Origin: Octopus vulgaris
Lineage: Eukaryota
Assembly: GCA_951406725.2 (NCBI GenBank)
Contig: OX597830.1
Location: 64,108,001-64,172,000 of the forward strand
Length of the DNA stretch: 64,000 nucleotides
Direction: 5' to 3'
Shown here one piece after another: positions 59,691-64,000 of this stretch. A model generated the notes under the pieces. That model was not told where the DNA came from. It made no database searches and saw nothing but the letters and a program-made list of their open reading frames with translations. Both the position numbers and the translations under genes were made by a program. Within the stretch, counting starts at the first letter, position 1; every line of letters starts with the position of its first letter.

Positions 59691-60062
59691 AGTTCATGCA
59701 TTTTTCATGCATGCTTCACGCATATTCCGTTGCGGTCCTTTGAGTCGGACTCCCACATTCTATTTGCGTCTCCGTGCAATGCCAGCAAATGCTTCGTAAG
59801 CTATTTATACATAACCGTGGACTTAGTGTTTCGGCTTGCCTCCGATTCGATTCTGCTACGTGATGTTGATAAGCCAGGAAAATAATGAAACATCTATATC
59901 CACCGCTCCTGAATGAGACAGGAGGCAAAATGCCTCCCCTGTTTATGACTTTCAAATGTCTTAACACTCAGTGCTATGAGGAAGTCATCCCGAAAGCGCT
60001 ACGCCGCAGCGAACCGACGAATAAGCTAAGCACACCCTCAGTATGTGCGGTTGATAATATAG

Positions 60063-60126
<64 letters not shown>

Positions 60127-60749
60127 CTATATTATCAACCGCACATACTGAGGGTTCGCGGCGTAGCGCTTTCGGGAAATGAACAGACGTGAAATGAACA
60201 GAGGTGTGGCAAGTATCTTATCATATAGCAGGAAATTATACCCACCTTATTGTGGATTAATCATGGATAAATTCATCGTCTGTGAGTATGAAATATCTCT
60301 TCATATCTCTGGAAATTTGCACCTACATTATGGATTGATTCACCTTCTCTGTGAAGCTAATAAGCTTTTTTAATACCTGTTATAAGACTGTGCATCATCA
60401 TTAAAGAACTTTGGAAGTCCACTTACAACCTAAATTTGCTTTTTATAGAACTATCTCCGATACTTCATGAGTGTAGTCTCACCCACTAGGATGCTTGGAG
60501 AACTCATATGTGTTTTGGCTGATGAGTACGGGACACTTTGCTGCAATATTTGCAGCTTTTAATAAAGCTTGTCTTTGTATGAAACAATTGTACTGAAAAA
60601 CTAATCCATTCTTGTTGCTTTTTTCTCGTTTATAATCACCCCACATTATTGTATGGTTAATACCATATAGTTTTTCTGGTGCATCTAAGTTAAATACCGC
60701 ATTCAAGTGAATTCAATAGAATTGACTTGAATCTTAATTGCTTTTACTG

Positions 60750-60843
<94 letters not shown>

Positions 60844-61434
60844 ATATATAATAATATATTTATATATATAAATAAATAAACAGGTGGAGGTGCAATGACC
60901 TAGTGGTTAGGGCAGCGAACTCACGGTCGTAGGATCGCGGTTTCGATTCCCAGACCGGGCGTTGTGAGTGCTTATTGAGCGAAAACACCTAAAACTTCAC
61001 GAGGATCCGGCGATCCCTGCTGTACTCTTTCGCCACAACTTTCTCTCACTCTTTCTTCTGTTGGCCTGCTCGCTTAGCCAGCGGGGTGGCGTCATTTGAA
61101 GGCTAAAACAATCAAATGACTGAAACAGCGATGTGTAGCAACATCTGATAGCCTGGTCGGTCACGTGATATATTAACAGGCGTACCCGGCGTTGCCTGTG
61201 TCTGTTTGTTAAGCATGCCTGTTTGGGTTTTAGACCATTCACGGAAAGACCTTTGAACTGAATGAAAGAAATCATAATGGCAGAGTCATACGCCCACACC
61301 ATTGTCATTGTTTTCCATTAGGGTAGTAGGTTGAGTTTATTTTCCTCGCCACATAACTGCTGACGTGTTGTTTAGCAGATGGAAAGGATGAGCCTAAAGA
61401 TATGATATAATGAGAAATAGTATGTTTACGCAAG

Positions 61435-61838
61435 AGTGGCTGTGTGGTAAGTAGCTTGCTTACCAACCACATGGTTCTGGGTTCAGTCCCACTGCGTGGC
61501 ACCTTGGGCAAGTGTCTTCTGCTATAGCCTCGGGCTGACCAAAGCCTTGTGAGTGGATTTAGTAGACGGAAACTGAAAGAAGCCCGTCATATGTATGTAT
61601 ATATATATATATACGTGCGTGTGTTTGTGTGTCTGTGTTTGTCCCCCTAGCTTTGCTTGACAACCGATGCTGGTGTGTTTATGTCTCCGTTACTTAGCGG
61701 TTCGGCAAAAGAGACCGATAGAATAAGTACAAGGCTTACAAAAGAATAAGTCCTGGGGGTCGATTTGCTCGACTGAAGCGGTGCTCCAATATGACTACAG
61801 ACATGTGACTGAAACAAGTGAAAGAATAAAAGAATAAA
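61435..61838 (+). mobile_element. tRNA-derived SINE (octopus-like); second copy at 63085-63480
   Basis: GTGGCTGTGTGGTAAG...GGTTCAGTCCCACTGCGTGGCACCTTGGGC...GACGGAAACTGAAAGAAGCCC, an internal microsatellite and a shared 3' body; fragments at ~4430-4600, 26935-27090 and 53200-53275. Confidence 0.75.
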
Positions 61839-62320
61839 AGTATATATATATATTATTAATTGAATTTAAATTATTGTTATTCGAATTGGTACAGCCATGA
61901 AACGATCGTAGTGTTTTACTCTTTATCTTTTATTAAACTTTTAATACTTTTGATATATATATATATATAAAAAAAAATAAATAAATAAATAAATTAATAA
62001 ATAAAATAATATATAAATATAAAAATATACATACATACATATATATATATATTTGTATATATATACATAAAATTTATACTTTGATACTTTGATACTTTGA
62101 TAGGTTTCGGCCATTATTGGCCCAGGCCATGTCTATTAATAGCACCACCTGGTGAAGTCTAAATTATTTAAATAATTTTTTATTTTTAACTTTTATATTT
62201 TTAAATTAGTTTTATGTATTAGCTTATGTTTTTCACTGTTTGATTTGCCTAATAGTGGTTTTATCTCTAATTTAACATTATATATATATATATATATATA
62301 TGTGTGTATGCGTATGTCAT

Positions 62321-62352
<32 letters not shown>

Positions 62353-62394
62353 TACTAAATACGTGAACGAATATACGTACGTATCTATGCATAC

Positions 62395-62457
<63 letters not shown>

Positions 62458-64000
62458 CGCACGTACGTTCATATTGACTTACATACCCCTGCCTACATAC
62501 ACAACCTCTCCTTTTACAAACACATTGAACAGGCCACCCCTTTGTGAAAACGTATTACAATAAGAAAAAGTAAAGACATGAATGGTACACGATGTCACAA
62601 AGCATTTACGCACGTTTCACACGTATAACCTTATGGGGTTTTTGAATGTATCGAACCCCCTCCCCCCCCAGTATCTACATACATTTATTCATTGATATAC
62701 ACATGAGAACATACATACATACATACATACTTACATACTTACATAACATATATAAAAGCATAGATATGTAAGCGTGTATGTGCGTATATGTACGTGTGTG
62801 TGCGTGTGTATAGACATAGAAAGAGAGAGTAACAGAGAAAAGAGAGAAAAAGAAAAATAGAGAGGGACTAGCAGAGTAAGACATGTTCAAACACGGATAC
62901 ACATAATATGCATACGTATGTATGAGTGTGTGGTGTGTGTGTATATATACACACACACACACACACACGCACACACACATACACACACATACATACATAT
63001 ACATATACATATACATATACACACATATATACATATATATATTCATGTATATATGTATGTATATATATATATATATACATACATGTGGCTGTGTGGTAAG
63101 TTGCTTGCTTACCAACCACATGGTTCTGGGTTCAGTCCCATTGCGTGGCACCTTGGGTAAGTGTTTTCTACTATAGCCTCGGGCAGACCAAAGCCTTGTG
63201 AGTGGATTTGGTTGACGGAAACTGAAAGAAGCCCATCGTATGTATGTATATACGTATGTATGTGTGTGTATATGTTTGTGTGTCTGTGTTTGTCCACCCC
63301 CCCATCATCGCTTGACAACCGATGGTGGTGTGTTTACATCCCCGTAACCTAGCGATTCGGCAAAAGAGACCGATAGAATAAGTACTAGGCTTACAAAGAG
63401 TAAGTCTTGGGTCGATTTGCTCAACTAAAGGCAGTGCTCCAGCATGGCCGCAGTCACATGACTGAAACAAGTAAAAGAGTATATATATATATATATATAT
63501 ATATGGAAAAAAGTCAAGATACAAAATACTAAAATATTTTTATAAAATATTTCAGTACAGATTTCAGTCATTGAGACTTTTTCAACTGCAAGTATGGAAA
63601 ATAATTTAATTTAGAAAAATTAAAAGAAAAGTTTTTTTAAAAGAATATTTGTATAGTGTTTCTTCCTGTGGGTTCAAGGTCGTTGTGAATTCTTGGTAGG
63701 GAAGAAGAAGAAGAAGAAGAAGAAGAAGAAGAAGAAGAAGAAGAAGAAGAAGAAGAAGAAAGAGAAGGGAAAATAAGAAAGAATGTAGGTAGTGTGAAAG
63801 TAGTAAGGTGTTAAATGGTCAAGTGACCTAAAAGTGATTTGTTATGGATTATAGCATTGATTGGGACTGTTTTTTAATGAATTCTTGGGAATCTCTTGAG
63901 TGTATCATTTTTAATATTTGCGTGTGTGTTTGTGTTATTCTAAGGCCGAGGTAGATATGTCGTTTGTCGTAGACGCGTTCAGAAGGGGCCCGTATTTTGT

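Noticed and set aside
60180-60750. Coding-looking minus-strand segment (ORF 60479-60706)
   Set aside because: Interrupted in all frames with no recognisable motif; would need BLASTX to assign.

Overview
AT-rich, microsatellite- and TE-dense animal DNA; the SINE families look octopus-like (inferred, not verified by search). The only clear host genes are two head-to-tail minus-strand paralogues of the bacterial-type tryptophanase/tyrosine phenol-lyase (TPL) family: A (main exon 9458-10844) and B (main exon 17291-18716). Each appears to have a tiny TATA-associated first exon joined through a phase-2 intron at the same position. The paralogues show reciprocal active-site loss. A keeps the residues acting within its own subunit (PLP lysine, HQGRGAE, DxxR, Arg, LRHF) but lacks those normally donated to the partner subunit (GDEAY Glu/Tyr, YGGLAGRD); B shows the opposite pattern. 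This suggests an obligate heteromeric PLP lyase. The rest is transposon debris: Penelope-like elements with inverted pseudo-LTRs and at least six sequence families of type I hammerhead ribozyme, RTE LINEs, RLE-type LINE ends, mariner/Tc1, non-autonomous Helitrons, Gypsy remnants, a MITE, tRNA-SINEs and local duplications.
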